In this document: positions 36,814-46,123 of the stretch, in pieces
Layout of the letters: each line of letters opens with the position of its first letter
Numbering within the stretch: the first letter of the stretch is position 1
Source of the DNA: a virus
Length of the DNA: 64,000 bases
Strand: one strand, 5' to 3'
IMG/VR virus record: IMGVR_UViG_3300042910_000038
Program-made: the position numbers and the translations under genes
Notes under the pieces: model-generated
The model's input: only the letters and a program-made list of their open reading frames with translations
Databases searched by the model: none
What the model was told of the DNA's origin: nothing

Positions 36814-37074
36814 TTAAAGTTTCTGTATTGACTCGCTTCCTGCCTCAAACTCCTCAGCGAAAGCTTTGCTGTATCTGCATGACTTGTTCTGGCATGCAAC
36901 TTTGCTGCAGCCCCAGCTAATCATCAACGTGTCATTCTTCCACTTCAACCTGATAGGAGCGATGATGGCGCTAACACGATGCTTCTCGCCTTTCTCATCA
37001 ATATAATCATAGCATGGTACGCTGTAGACGCGGGGAATGAACAGCTCCCGCTCAACTGCCTCGTTCATTTTCAC
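36814..37074 (-). CDS. Cys-containing hypothetical protein
   Basis: WGCSKVACQNKSCRYS. Confidence 0.5.
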   Translation of the reverse strand: MKMNEAVERELFIPRVYSVPCYDYIDEKGEKHRVSAIIAPIRLKWKNDTLMISWGCSKVACQNKSCRYSKAFAEEFEAGSESIQKL

Positions 37075-37385
37075 CTTGCCTTCTCAATCACTATCTCTGC
37101 TTTTATGACCACTTTCGCTTTTCCAGCTAAAATCTGGTTTACAGCCCACTCGTGCGCATCGTGCAAGTCCTTAAATTTAGCCTTTAACACGTTGCCAGCC
37201 TCGTCCTCCACTCGGTAGTTGCTTTTCTCTGTTATTTTCTCAACCATTTCCTTCTCACCTCCCTTAATCCACTTTTCCATTCTTTCGTAAGCTTCAACAA
37301 GGAAGTACAGTAGCCAAGGTATGCCTAGAACAATGCAGAAGCCTACAATAATTCCAATCCCGAAGCTAGCCCAGTCCACCTTCAA
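37071..37385 (-). CDS. Small protein with N-terminal TM
   Basis: TTG after AGGTG; the longer track ORF runs into the IS end. Confidence 0.5.
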   Translation of the reverse strand: MKVDWASFGIGIIVGFCIVLGIPWLLYFLVEAYERMEKWIKGGEKEMVEKITEKSNYRVEDEAGNVLKAKFKDLHDAHEWAVNQILAGKAKVVIKAEIVIEKAR

Positions 37386-37433
37386 CACCTGCCTTTCGGC
37401 TTTCACTAACCATTTCCTTCTCACCAAATTGTC

Positions 37434-38734
37434 GCAAGGAAGCCTACGAGCTTTAGCCGTGGGAGGAATTGTGACCATGACATTTTTATGTAGATTCGCT
37501 TATCTCCTTTTCGGGGACGCCTACGAGGAAATGTTTGCCTCTTAACCTTCTTGAGCCGACTAAGGCTAAGAGAAGGATGCTTAAGCAAACTTATGAAAGC
37601 TTCTTCAATATTATGCAAGAAGCTCTCGGCTTCGTCGGCGACGTTAAGTCGAGGGCTGAGCTTCATAACAAGACATATGAGAAGTTCAGAGGCAAATACG
37701 GTGTGGCGTCCCAGCTTATCATAGAGGCTACAAGCTACGCTTGGAGCATAAGGAGAACTGTGGAAGAAGACATCAACAAATGTGTCGTGAGGTTTGACAA
37801 GAGGCTTTTCAGCTTCAGGCAGACTAAGAGGGGAAATCCAATCCTCAGCCTTAGACTTAACCATGAAAGAGTAGGGCTTCCAATAAGTCAAGATGGTGCC
37901 TATAGGAGGCTTCAAAACCACCTCGAAGATGGTTGGAAGATAACAAGCATCATCATGAAACGAAACCTCAGGTTCCTCGTCGTCCTCTCTAAAGACTTTC
38001 CAGAACCCCCTTACAGACCAAACTGGATGGGTGTGGACGTTAACAGTTCCAAAATCGCCATATCCATCGTTAGTAAAGGGAAAGTGCTGAAGCAAACCTA
38101 TTTCGGACAAGATGTCTCCATAAAACAGTTCATGTTTGAAGAGAGGAGAGCAAAACTTCAGAGTTATCGAGACAAGGGCTCCAGCAAAGCTGGTCTCAAG
38201 CTTAGGAAACTTAGTGGAAAACAGAGAAACTACGTTAGAACAAGAATGTGGCAGATAGCTAACGAAATCGTTAAGCTGGCTAAACAATTCAACGCTAACA
38301 TAGCTATCGAAAAACTCAGAAACCTTAGAAAGCATAGAGGTGAGTGGAGCAAGAATAGCCGGAAGAAAGTTAACCGCATACCCTACGCACTTTTTAGGCA
38401 CGCCTTGAAATGTGTAGCTGAAAGAGAGGGAATATTTATGAAAGAGGTTGCCCCCAGTTACACAAGCCAAACCTGCCCACGGTGTGGGCATATCAGTAAG
38501 GAGAACTGGAGAGGTTATGTCTACTTCAAATGCGTCAGATGCTGTTATGAAGCGGATAGAGACCGAGTTGCAAGTCTCAACATCGCCCTCAGGGCGGCTC
38601 CAAAAGTAGGCGTCCCCAAACGCTATTTCTGGAGCCAGTTTCCTGAGGGAGATGCCTCCGTCAGCAGGCACATTTTGAAGGATGAAGGGTGTGGAAGATG
38701 GCATCAAACCACCCTAAGCTTCAAACCCGCTGAC
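37434..38734 (+). mobile_element. IS200/IS605-family (tnpB-only) element
   Basis: Subterminal hairpin AAGCCTACGAGCTTTAGCCGTGGGAG (37440-37465); removing 37434-38734 restores an open frame for the interrupted gene; no tnpA. Confidence 0.7.
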
Positions 38735-38737
38735 TAA
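37535..38737 (+). CDS. tnpB: TnpB RNA-guided endonuclease
   Basis: RuvC GVDVN, IAIEKL, ADRDRVASLNI; zinc finger CPRCG..CVRC. Confidence 0.92.
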   Translation: MPLNLLEPTKAKRRMLKQTYESFFNIMQEALGFVGDVKSRAELHNKTYEKFRGKYGVASQLIIEATSYAWSIRRTVEEDINKCVVRFDKRLFSFRQTKRGNPILSLRLNHERVGLPISQDGAYRRLQNHLEDGWKITSIIMKRNLRFLVVLSKDFPEPPYRPNWMGVDVNSSKIAISIVSKGKVLKQTYFGQDVSIKQFMFEERRAKLQSYRDKGSSKAGLKLRKLSGKQRNYVRTRMWQIANEIVKLAKQFNANIAIEKLRNLRKHRGEWSKNSRKKVNRIPYALFRHALKCVAEREGIFMKEVAPSYTSQTCPRCGHISKENWRGYVYFKCVRCCYEADRDRVASLNIALRAAPKVGVPKRYFWSQFPEGDASVSRHILKDEGCGRWHQTTLSFKPAD

Positions 38738-39449
38738 GCAGTTTCTCTATGAGCCACGAGCTTGACTGAACTTTGCCTCCTCCAACGCCGTAAACAATCT
38801 TTATGCCAAGCCTTTCACACGCATCTTTTTCACATGTTGGTAGGTTTTCTGGAGAGTATTCTCCACCTTTTGCGTAGATAATTCTGTGCTTCGGATACTT
38901 TTTCCTGAGCTTTTCAAGCTCGGCAACCTGTGTTAAATCGCAGTTTTCGCTGCAAACCCAAATCTCGTCAATGTACCGAATGGACTGCAAAACGGCTTTC
39001 CTGTCCTCAAGCGGAACAGCGCAAATCCCCCTTTTCCTTTTAACACATTCGTCTCTATGAATGCAGACAATCAGGTAGTCGCCGAGCCTTTTAGCTTCGC
39101 GGAACAAGTTTATGTGCCCTCTGTGGAGAATGTGGAAGAACCCGCCCGTGAAAACTATTGTCTTATCCACGTTAAACTCCTCCGAGTCAAGTAAATAAAC
39201 AGGGTTAAAATATGACTTTTTCCTCTTACCAAAAGCCTCAGAAACTCTAACGTGCTTCTTTGTCTCCAAACATTTGACGGCAACAGCCTTTCCATCACCG
39301 CTAATCCACACTACAACACCTCTGTGACCGCACGGAGCCTTAACCCTGCTTCCAACCTTAACACGCTTCTTAAACGATGGAAGCACGCTTTCCCTCCTAA
39401 ACTTAAGCCAAGAAAACTGCATCCTAATCCCACCACCACAGGGCTGCAA
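38721..39449 (-). CDS. Cytidylyltransferase-family (HIGH) nucleotidyltransferase with N-terminal extension; 3' end interrupted by IS
   Basis: FTGGFFHILHRGHINLFREAKRLGDYLIV; KVQSSS. Confidence 0.85.
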   Translation of the reverse strand: MQPCGGGIRMQFSWLKFRRESVLPSFKKRVKVGSRVKAPCGHRGVVVWISGDGKAVAVKCLETKKHVRVSEAFGKRKKSYFNPVYLLDSEEFNVDKTIVFTGGFFHILHRGHINLFREAKRLGDYLIVCIHRDECVKRKRGICAVPLEDRKAVLQSIRYIDEIWVCSENCDLTQVAELEKLRKKYPKHRIIYAKGGEYSPENLPTCEKDACERLGIKIVYGVGGGKVQSSSWLIEKLLSQRV

Positions 39450-39714
39450 CCATTAGGATATAGCTTAAAACGATTAGGAAGTAGAAGAAGTCCCGCCAGA
39501 ACCAGTTCCACTGTTCAGGCGGAATATAGGGCTTTAGCAGGTTGCTTATGTAAAACGGTAAGTCGAAAAGCTTGCCTTCAAGGACGCAGATTGTGATTAT
39601 TTCAAGCTGGTAAAGCGAGCTTAACAGCAGGAAAAGCGACACTAGGAAAACTGCGAACTGCTTCTTATGCCTTGAAACCTCACGGCTGAAAACCTTTAAA
39701 GCCTTAAGCTCCAT
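39424..39714 (-). CDS. Small 2-TM membrane protein
   Basis: Two hydrophobic segments. Confidence 0.55.
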   Translation of the reverse strand: MELKALKVFSREVSRHKKQFAVFLVSLFLLLSSLYQLEIITICVLEGKLFDLPFYISNLLKPYIPPEQWNWFWRDFFYFLIVLSYILMVAALWWWD

Positions 39715-40027
39715 CTTCCTTCACTACGGCTACTACGATTTTCCGCGCCGTGCTTTCAGGCAGTATTTTCAAAGCCCAGCCTTCCTTAGCAGTTACATGC
39801 ACCGTCCTGTAGCTTCCACCCACCATGACCTCGAACATTTTCGAGAAGAAAACACGCTTTTCTCCGCCTTCGCCTGCCGGCTCGCCCGGAATATATAACG
39901 CACATTTCTCGGCAAATTGGGGCGACAGCTTATTGGGGTTAAACCTCCTATTCTGGGGACAACTGTAAAAGCTTCCATGCCATTCAAGGCGGGCGCAGCT
40001 CAAACAGCGAGGCAACACCCCGCTCAC
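39704..40027 (-). CDS. Cys-rich hypothetical protein
   Basis: CLSC...C...C. Confidence 0.5.
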   Translation of the reverse strand: MSGVLPRCLSCARLEWHGSFYSCPQNRRFNPNKLSPQFAEKCALYIPGEPAGEGGEKRVFFSKMFEVMVGGSYRTVHVTAKEGWALKILPESTARKIVVAVVKEDGA

Positions 40028-40149
40028 TTTTCATCCCCCTTCAATTCTAAAATCAAATGCACGCAGACTACGCCGTTCTCTATGCACCTGCCATCGCATT
40101 TCGCTTTCCTGCAACCGCCTTCTTCACATTTCACGTTAAACTTGCTCAT
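40024..40149 (-). CDS. 41-aa Cys-rich protein
   Basis: Manual ORF MSKFNVKCEEGGCRKAKCDGRCIENGVVCVHL... Confidence 0.45.
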   Translation of the reverse strand: MSKFNVKCEEGGCRKAKCDGRCIENGVVCVHLILELKGDEK

Positions 40150-40185
40150 TTCCGCTTCCACTTCTCCTTTCAAGCGGCAAATCAC

Positions 40186-40329
40186 TCATTTCCGCCTTCT
40201 CCTTTTTTCAAGCTTTTTTATTCTCGCCTCCAACTCATCAACATGAGAGTAGATATGAGCGATTAAAGCTTCGTAACTGTCAAAGCCTTTACCGCATATC
40301 TTACATTTAACCCATATTTCTTCACTCAA
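40186..40329 (-). CDS. C2H2 zinc-finger protein (47 aa)
   Basis: Manual ORF CKICGKGFDSYEALIAHIYSH. Confidence 0.65.
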   Translation of the reverse strand: MSEEIWVKCKICGKGFDSYEALIAHIYSHVDELEARIKKLEKRRRRK

Positions 40330-40363
40330 TTCCGCTTTCACCTCAGCAGTCTTTTTTAACCTC

Positions 40364-41308
40364 TCATGCTGGAACTAGAACGTTGCCCACAAGTTTAAGC
40401 TTTGAACCACAAACTGGACAAACGTACATCTCTTCCTCTTCAGATTTCGGAGGCGCTGGCGGTGTCGGTGGAGGCGTAACTATCTTTTTAGCTTCCTCAA
40501 CAAGCTTAGGCTTAGGAAGCTCTAGGAGAGTTTCAGCCTCTGGCTTTTTGGCTAGTGCTTCTACAACAACTTTGGCTTCTTTTGGTGCGAGTTTTTCGCG
40601 TTTTACAGTTTTAACAATTTTAACCGTTTTTTCTGGAGGTAAACCCTTCTCGATGGCTGTCTTAGCTATTTCAGCTTCTCTTACGCTTAGTTCTTCTTTG
40701 GCGATTATTTCCGCCATCTGTTTTTGTTTTTCAGGTTCAGGGATGGAGCCGAGGATTTCATAGTGGGTTGGAGAGAGGGTCAACGCTGACCCTTCTGAAA
40801 TCATCTTTCTTACTTCTGGCGAAACCCTAATCCTTGACAGTATGCGGTCAACTTCCTTGTGGCTTATTCCGAACTTTTCTGCTATCTGGTCAACAGTCAT
40901 CTTTTTAACATCGTGTAGGTAGCGGAAGTAGGCTGCTTCACGCATTGGGTCAACTGTTCCCCTTATCTTGTTCTTTTTGTAGTTAAACTCCCTTGCCTCA
41001 TCAAGGGACATGTCTGTGATGACTGCTCTAATCTCGTGCCAGCCAAGCTCCACAGCGGCATTCCAGCGGCGGTGACCGTCAACAATCATGTAGCGGGCGT
41101 TCAGCTTTCCCTTCTTCTTGTATTCCTCAATTTCTTCCGGCGTAAGCCGCCTTAGAAGTATTGGGTCTATCTTGTACATTCCAACGGTTTCAACCCTCGT
41201 CATGTCGGTTCTAAGCATAAGCTCTGTTTCGCTGTCCATTCTACAAACATTATAAGGCAGAGGCACAATCTGGTCTACAGGCACGATTTCAATCTTCTGC
41301 TCACTCAT
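40364..41308 (-). CDS. parB: ParB/Spo0J-family protein
   Basis: IVDGHRRWNAA; HTH MTVDQIAEKFGISHKEVDRIL. Confidence 0.85.
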   Translation of the reverse strand: MSEQKIEIVPVDQIVPLPYNVCRMDSETELMLRTDMTRVETVGMYKIDPILLRRLTPEEIEEYKKKGKLNARYMIVDGHRRWNAAVELGWHEIRAVITDMSLDEAREFNYKKNKIRGTVDPMREAAYFRYLHDVKKMTVDQIAEKFGISHKEVDRILSRIRVSPEVRKMISEGSALTLSPTHYEILGSIPEPEKQKQMAEIIAKEELSVREAEIAKTAIEKGLPPEKTVKIVKTVKREKLAPKEAKVVVEALAKKPEAETLLELPKPKLVEEAKKIVTPPPTPPAPPKSEEEEMYVCPVCGSKLKLVGNVLVPA

Positions 41309-41673
41309 TTCTTCCCCTCTTCCTTCTTCTTCAGTAGCATATAAGTTAATTTAATGTAGAGTTTAGTCATCGCTTCTATGACCGCCTCGCTGACTCCTTT
41401 AAGCCTCTCTTTAACTTTCTCTTTGATTAATGAGATGACGAGTTCAGCGTATCTAGGTGAGACTCCATAGTCTCTGAGGAGTTCTTCAATTTCTCTTTTA
41501 ATGTCAGCCCAGTCTGCCTTCACAGCCTCAAATAAATCGCTAAGTGATATTTCACGAATTATTAATTCTTCAGGGATTTCAGAAAGATAATAGTATGTGA
41601 TGGTTTCAGACGCTGTTGTCCAAGTTTGCGGTGTAACCGTCCAAGTTTGCGGTGTAACAGTCCAAATTTGCAT
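41305..41673 (-). CDS. Hypothetical protein with N-terminal TVTPQTW tandem repeat
   Basis: 21-nt repeat encoding (W)TVTPQT twice. Confidence 0.5.
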   Translation of the reverse strand: MQIWTVTPQTWTVTPQTWTTASETITYYYLSEIPEELIIREISLSDLFEAVKADWADIKREIEELLRDYGVSPRYAELVISLIKEKVKERLKGVSEAVIEAMTKLYIKLTYMLLKKKEEGKK

Positions 41674-41687
41674 TTAGAACCCCTCGC

Positions 41688-42698
41688 TCATTTCTTCCTC
41701 TCTTCCTCCTTGGGGACGTCCTCTATTCCGGCTTTTGTTATTTGGAATTCTACGGTTTCTCTTGGAAGGTAGTTTGAAGCTACAAGGGTTGCTAGGCGTT
41801 TGCTGGTTGCTCCGACAGGCTTCTGAAGGTAAACTCTGTGTCCAACTGCATGAGCTAGTGTGTGCCCTCCGACTGGTGGGTTTAAAACTTCCGGTCGTGT
41901 TTCATATTGTAGCGCTTCTGGTCTCGCCATAACCTGTTCTGTTGTTATAACTGCTAACTTGTAGGCTCGCATGTAGTTAAGAAGTCTCCGGACGCATTTG
42001 GCTATTAATGGCTGTCGAATGTGGAGAAGCTCTCTTCCAGGATACTCTGCTCTGAAAGGCGAAACGAAACTGTCTATAATCAAAATTTTGATGTTCTTTT
42101 CCTTGATGGGTTTGTGGGCGTTTTGAAGTAGGAACAGCAAGTGCTCGGTTCCATAAACTGCGCCGTGATAGATGTGGGGCAGAAGCTTATCTGGGTCTAA
42201 ACCTCTAGCTTTAGCCATTTCAGCAAGCCTAACGCTTGAAAAGCCTCCTTCAGTGTCCAAGTACCAAGTGTTTAACCCTTGTTCAGCAGCTAAAAGCGCT
42301 GTAGTCATACAGATTTCCGATTTACCGCTTTCATATTCTCCAGCGAACTCGGTTAGCTCCTCTTCAGGTATTCCTCCGCCTAGTAAACCGTCAAGGGCTT
42401 TAGAGCCAGTGGTGAAACGTTTACGCTTAATCTCCATTTCGTAAAGCTGTTTAGCGTCAATTATTTCAATTTTGAGGCAGTTTCTGGCTTCGTGAACTAT
42501 TTCCCTAGCTTTTTCAAGCGTGAAGCCCGGTCTAGCGCCGACGGTTTCGTAAAGTAAGTGTGGAGCTTCAACAGCTAAACTCTCTATCGTGTAATAGCCT
42601 TTGTCCTTAAGGATTTTAATGAGGTCAGGCGGCACCGACTTAAGCCTTTTTAAAGGCTCCTCCTCAAACTCTTCCTCAAAAACTTCATCTTCACTCAT
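41688..42698 (-). CDS. radA: Archaeal RadA/Rad51-like recombinase
   Basis: N-terminal HhH-like domain, TTGSKALDGLLGGG, GEYESGKS, LIIDS, PVGGHTLAH. Confidence 0.88.
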   Translation of the reverse strand: MSEDEVFEEEFEEEPLKRLKSVPPDLIKILKDKGYYTIESLAVEAPHLLYETVGARPGFTLEKAREIVHEARNCLKIEIIDAKQLYEMEIKRKRFTTGSKALDGLLGGGIPEEELTEFAGEYESGKSEICMTTALLAAEQGLNTWYLDTEGGFSSVRLAEMAKARGLDPDKLLPHIYHGAVYGTEHLLFLLQNAHKPIKEKNIKILIIDSFVSPFRAEYPGRELLHIRQPLIAKCVRRLLNYMRAYKLAVITTEQVMARPEALQYETRPEVLNPPVGGHTLAHAVGHRVYLQKPVGATSKRLATLVASNYLPRETVEFQITKAGIEDVPKEEERKK

Positions 42699-43017
42699 TT
42701 TCTTCCTCCCACTCTTCCTCTTCTTCGATTTCGTTTAAGTTTCCTATGTAATCTTGTAATCCCAGCTTCCTCAGTTCTTTTTCAGCCTCCTTTAGAGTTA
42801 CGTCTTTAACGAAGTTTATGTCGTAAAGCGTTCCATATGGTTGCCAACCATTCTTAACCAGCTTGTCGAAAACATCAGCCACCTCGTTAAGCCTAGCCTT
42901 CAACTCTTCGCCAAGCTGCCTAAGCTTCCCAGAATAGTCTTTTGGCAAGTCGCCTTCAAGGTCATCCAATTCCCAAGCGGGTTTGCCGAACAAGTGAATC
43001 ATAAGTTCAACAGTCAC
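42691..43017 (-). CDS. Acidic hypothetical protein
   Basis: Overlapping operon spacing. Confidence 0.55.
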   Translation of the reverse strand: MTVELMIHLFGKPAWELDDLEGDLPKDYSGKLRQLGEELKARLNEVADVFDKLVKNGWQPYGTLYDINFVKDVTLKEAEKELRKLGLQDYIGNLNEIEEEEEWEEENE

Positions 43018-43166
43018 TTTATTAACACCTCCATAATTATTGCTTTGCCCTTTATGTACACTTCTAGGATTGAACCTTTCTGTATTCCAAGCTTATCTCT
43101 GATGCTCTTTGGAATGGTAACTCGTCCTTGGTCTAAAACTTCTACACGCTCTCTTAATTCTTCCAT
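43014..43166 (-). CDS. AbrB/SpoVT-family regulator (50 aa)
   Basis: Manual ORF VEVLDQGRVTIPKSIRDKLGIQKGSILEV. Confidence 0.8.
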   Translation of the reverse strand: MEELRERVEVLDQGRVTIPKSIRDKLGIQKGSILEVYIKGKAIIMEVLIK

Positions 43167-43261
43167 TTATGCAGACCTCCAGAAAGAAGAATATCACTTC
43201 TTCAGAATTTAAACTTTTTGGTTAAAACTTCTCTAAACGCTAACTCATGGAGATTAACAAT

Positions 43262-43355
43262 CAAAAAGGGTGAGCCGGGCTTATCTCATCGGGAGAAGGG
43301 AGAAAGGAGAGAAAGGAATGGAAAAATCCATTTCCAGCGCCCAGCCCACCCAAAA
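43262..43355 (-). ncRNA. Candidate structured small RNA
   Basis: 13-bp closing stem GGGUGGGCUGGGC/GCCCGGCUCACCC (two G-U pairs only on - strand), inner hairpin, CU-rich tract, U-run after; TATA-like CCTTTTAAAC upstream. Confidence 0.55.
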
Positions 43356-43389
43356 ATTTCGAGGATTTTATTGTTTAAAAGGTTTACGT

Positions 43390-45042
43390 TTATGAAGTAA
43401 CGCGGTATTTATATGCTTCATAAATTCTAAGCGCCATAAGGGTGGTTATTTGACTTTCCGTCCATCCCGCTGCTGTTTCGTTTCCAATTGCGCCTGGCTG
43501 GTGTGGTATTCCAGACTCTCCTCCTCCCGCTCCAGATGGTCTGCCTGGGTATATTACGCCATCTCTGTAATGCCACTGGTACATAAAGGCTCCAGCAAGG
43601 TCTGGCAAGTTCACCTCATATGCGCTTCCATCTATGATTATTCTTCCCAACCCCGGGTTAGTGAATGGATAACCCCACTGAGTCTTAACGATTAGGTCGG
43701 CAAGTGCATCTGCAATAGCTTTCGCTTCGTCATAGCCGAAACCGTAACCCAAAATTGCAAACGGTATAAGCTTTTCACCTATATGCCAGTAGTAATCGTA
43801 TTTCTTGTCGATTATATTCTTGGCATCTTCAATAAGAGGTGGTTGTAGGGGCTCAGTTACATCCCAACAAGCATCTCTCCAACCATTTAAAAGAAAATCT
43901 TCTGCGGAGTTCGGCGGGACATCCCTTCCTGCATATGGACAAGGCAAAGTGCATGGCAAAACTACCCCTTTACACTGACTTGGACACCATCCGAAAAAGT
44001 ATCCACTAATCCCAGCCACAGGCATAACTTCTTTATATTTTGGGTCGCCGTACTTGTTCAGCAAATGCGTTGCCCTAATGTAAATCGACGTTAACGGCGG
44101 GATTCTCATAGCTTCTTCTGGGTAAGGACCACACTGACATCCAACAATGCACCCCCTACAATAACACCTTGAACTCATATATGGGTAAACTTGTGGGTTG
44201 GCTGGCAAATTATACCACACGTCACAAGAATGGTTCCTCCCCCAATCGCACAACCAATTATCCGGCAGACTGTCACTGGTTCCGAGCAAGCATGTTGCCC
44301 TGTAATCTCCAACCGTATATCCATAATCGTCTAGAAACGTAAACATTTTCCTAGCTCTGTCACGAAGGGCTGGGCGACAGTACCAATAGTAATAAGCTGC
44401 TAAGGCAGTTTCTTCGCCCCAATAGTATCCCCTCTTGAAGCATCCATACGGGCTTGTTGTTCTCTCTACAACGCTTCCAACGTGGTTTTTAGCGTCAACT
44501 ATGTCTGGAGTTTCTTTAGTAACATCTTCAGAGGTAACATATAAATCGCCATTTATATTGGGGTCAAGCCAATCCAAGATTTTGACCTTTAAAAGCATTC
44601 TATCAGAATAGCTGGGATGAGTTTCATACGATACTTGAATTTTAGCCACAGGATTCCACTCATATTCAGACCCTTCCGCTGAATATTTTTCTAGATAAAA
44701 GCCTAACTCGTAAACTGCGTCAAACTTCCATCTGCCATCAATCACCGCCCTAGAACTTGACAAAACCCGCGAAGTTTCAAACCATCTTAACCCCAATAAT
44801 GTAAGAGGGTCACACTCCTTAAACCCTGATGGTATAGCATAGCCTGGACCAAGGCAAACACTTCTCTTATCTACAAGGGCATTACCCGGTAATGGCGATG
44901 TTACTTTTAGACTGAAATGTAAACCTGCACAAGAATCTATAATGCCATAAGTTTTACCCCCGTATCGCACCTCATGGTAGAGCTTGTCCAGATAATGGTC
45001 GCCCCAATATATTGCCCGTCTAATCTCACTCTGAGTCGCCAT
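43390..45042 (-). CDS. Paralogue family B copy 3
   Basis: MATQSEIRRAIYWGDHYLDKL; LGYGFG; ALRIYEAYKYR. Confidence 0.65.
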   Translation of the reverse strand: MATQSEIRRAIYWGDHYLDKLYHEVRYGGKTYGIIDSCAGLHFSLKVTSPLPGNALVDKRSVCLGPGYAIPSGFKECDPLTLLGLRWFETSRVLSSSRAVIDGRWKFDAVYELGFYLEKYSAEGSEYEWNPVAKIQVSYETHPSYSDRMLLKVKILDWLDPNINGDLYVTSEDVTKETPDIVDAKNHVGSVVERTTSPYGCFKRGYYWGEETALAAYYYWYCRPALRDRARKMFTFLDDYGYTVGDYRATCLLGTSDSLPDNWLCDWGRNHSCDVWYNLPANPQVYPYMSSRCYCRGCIVGCQCGPYPEEAMRIPPLTSIYIRATHLLNKYGDPKYKEVMPVAGISGYFFGWCPSQCKGVVLPCTLPCPYAGRDVPPNSAEDFLLNGWRDACWDVTEPLQPPLIEDAKNIIDKKYDYYWHIGEKLIPFAILGYGFGYDEAKAIADALADLIVKTQWGYPFTNPGLGRIIIDGSAYEVNLPDLAGAFMYQWHYRDGVIYPGRPSGAGGGESGIPHQPGAIGNETAAGWTESQITTLMALRIYEAYKYRVTS

Positions 45043-45084
45043 ACTCCATCACCCAAAAATAAGACACTCAACAATAATATAGCT

Positions 45085-45468
45085 TTAGCTTTTTTTTGTT
45101 AATGTATTGTAGATTGTTATCGCCCATATGATGGCTATTGTGGCGACTATGATGTCGAACTCCCAGAAACGGAAGTTGCGGATTCCTCCTGGAAAAATGG
45201 CGAAGAGCACTGTATAAGCGACTGCTGTTATGAGCGTTGACATTAAAACTTGCTTTAACCGTTTAGACTTGACTAAGAGGCAAACTAGGCACACGGCGAT
45301 AACTGCGGAGTCCATTATAATTGTTTGTAGAATCATTTCGGCGATTTCTTCAGGCGTAGGCGGGACTTCCAACATCTGGGAATATGGAATAATGACAGCG
45401 AGCGCCCACCAAATGTGAAAGAAAGCCAATCCTATGATGACCAGCGCAATCCAATCCGTTCTGCTCAT
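45085..45468 (-). CDS. Multi-TM membrane protein
   Basis: Start reassigned to MSRTDW after motif; four hydrophobic segments. Confidence 0.6.
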   Translation of the reverse strand: MSRTDWIALVIIGLAFFHIWWALAVIIPYSQMLEVPPTPEEIAEMILQTIIMDSAVIAVCLVCLLVKSKRLKQVLMSTLITAVAYTVLFAIFPGGIRNFRFWEFDIIVATIAIIWAITIYNTLTKKS

Positions 45469-45490
45469 ATACATCACCCAAAAATCCCAT

Positions 45491-45655
45491 CTACTGTGTT
45501 GTGACCGCTCTAGCACCACATTTTCTACACTTCCATTTGTATACAACTTGTGGTGAGCCAAATATCGGATAAGCTCCAACAAGCTCCAACTTCTCCCCAC
45601 ATTTGCTACACACAGGAACGCCCTCCAACTTTTCAGCCTCTTTACCCTTAGACAT
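45491..45655 (-). CDS. Zinc-ribbon protein (54 aa)
   Basis: Manual ORF CSKCG...WKCRKCG. Confidence 0.55.
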   Translation of the reverse strand: MSKGKEAEKLEGVPVCSKCGEKLELVGAYPIFGSPQVVYKWKCRKCGARAVTTQ

Positions 45656-45807
45656 ATCGCCACCCAAAAAGCTTAAAAGTCTATGGAACTATTTTGCCGA
45701 ACACGTCCATCTTGTGTCCGGTTTCAGCGACGTGCTTCTTGGCTTTTTCTATGTCCTCTGTGGTGAAGCCGCATCCGCAGCTAGCCTTCAAATGGACTCT
45801 CACCACT

Positions 45808-46092
45808 TTAACTCACCCCGGCAACCTTTTTAACGAAGTCAAGTAGTTGCTGGTAGCATTCTGCAAGCTCCGCGCATGCGTCTGCAAACTTCAGTTCAGC
45901 CTGCCTACCCCGCTCAAGCAAATCCTTGGGGAAAACGTTTCCAGCCTTAAGCTTCTCCAAGGTTTCAGACACCTCGCGAAACCCACCCTCTCGGCGGTAG
46001 TCGTCAGCCATCTTACGGAGTCCATCAACGTTTAATTGAAGCTCTTTACACCACTTTTTTAACAAAAGCTTCTCAAACATATTATCACCCAA
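45808..46092 (-). CDS. Helical hypothetical protein
   Basis: Follows motif. Confidence 0.5.
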   Translation of the reverse strand: MGDNMFEKLLLKKWCKELQLNVDGLRKMADDYRREGGFREVSETLEKLKAGNVFPKDLLERGRQAELKFADACAELAECYQQLLDFVKKVAGVS

Positions 46093-46123
46093 AAAGTTTT
46101 ATTGTTGTTGGAGGATATTAGGC

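Noticed and set aside
37242-37425. 18-bp direct repeat AACCATTTCCTTCTCACC (37242, 37408) as a target-site duplication
   Set aside because: Both copies are on the same side of the IS, and IS200/IS605 elements do not make TSDs; probably a reused RBS-start sequence.
37421-38707. 428-aa antisense ORF across tnpB
   Set aside because: No motifs and Ser/Leu/Phe-rich shadow composition; consistent with an antisense artefact.
41615-41672. 21-nt tandem repeat
   Set aside because: Only about two copies, in frame within a coding region (TVTPQTW); not an array.
12398-45042. Diversity-generating retroelement or invertase shufflon for family B paralogues
   Set aside because: No reverse transcriptase, recombinase, or near-identical TR/VR pair seen in the window.
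33927-45663. Track starts for 33927-34271, 37071-37478 and 45085-45663
   Set aside because: N-terminal extensions run through other genes or the IS end; better starts lie just after the GGGTG-type RBS.
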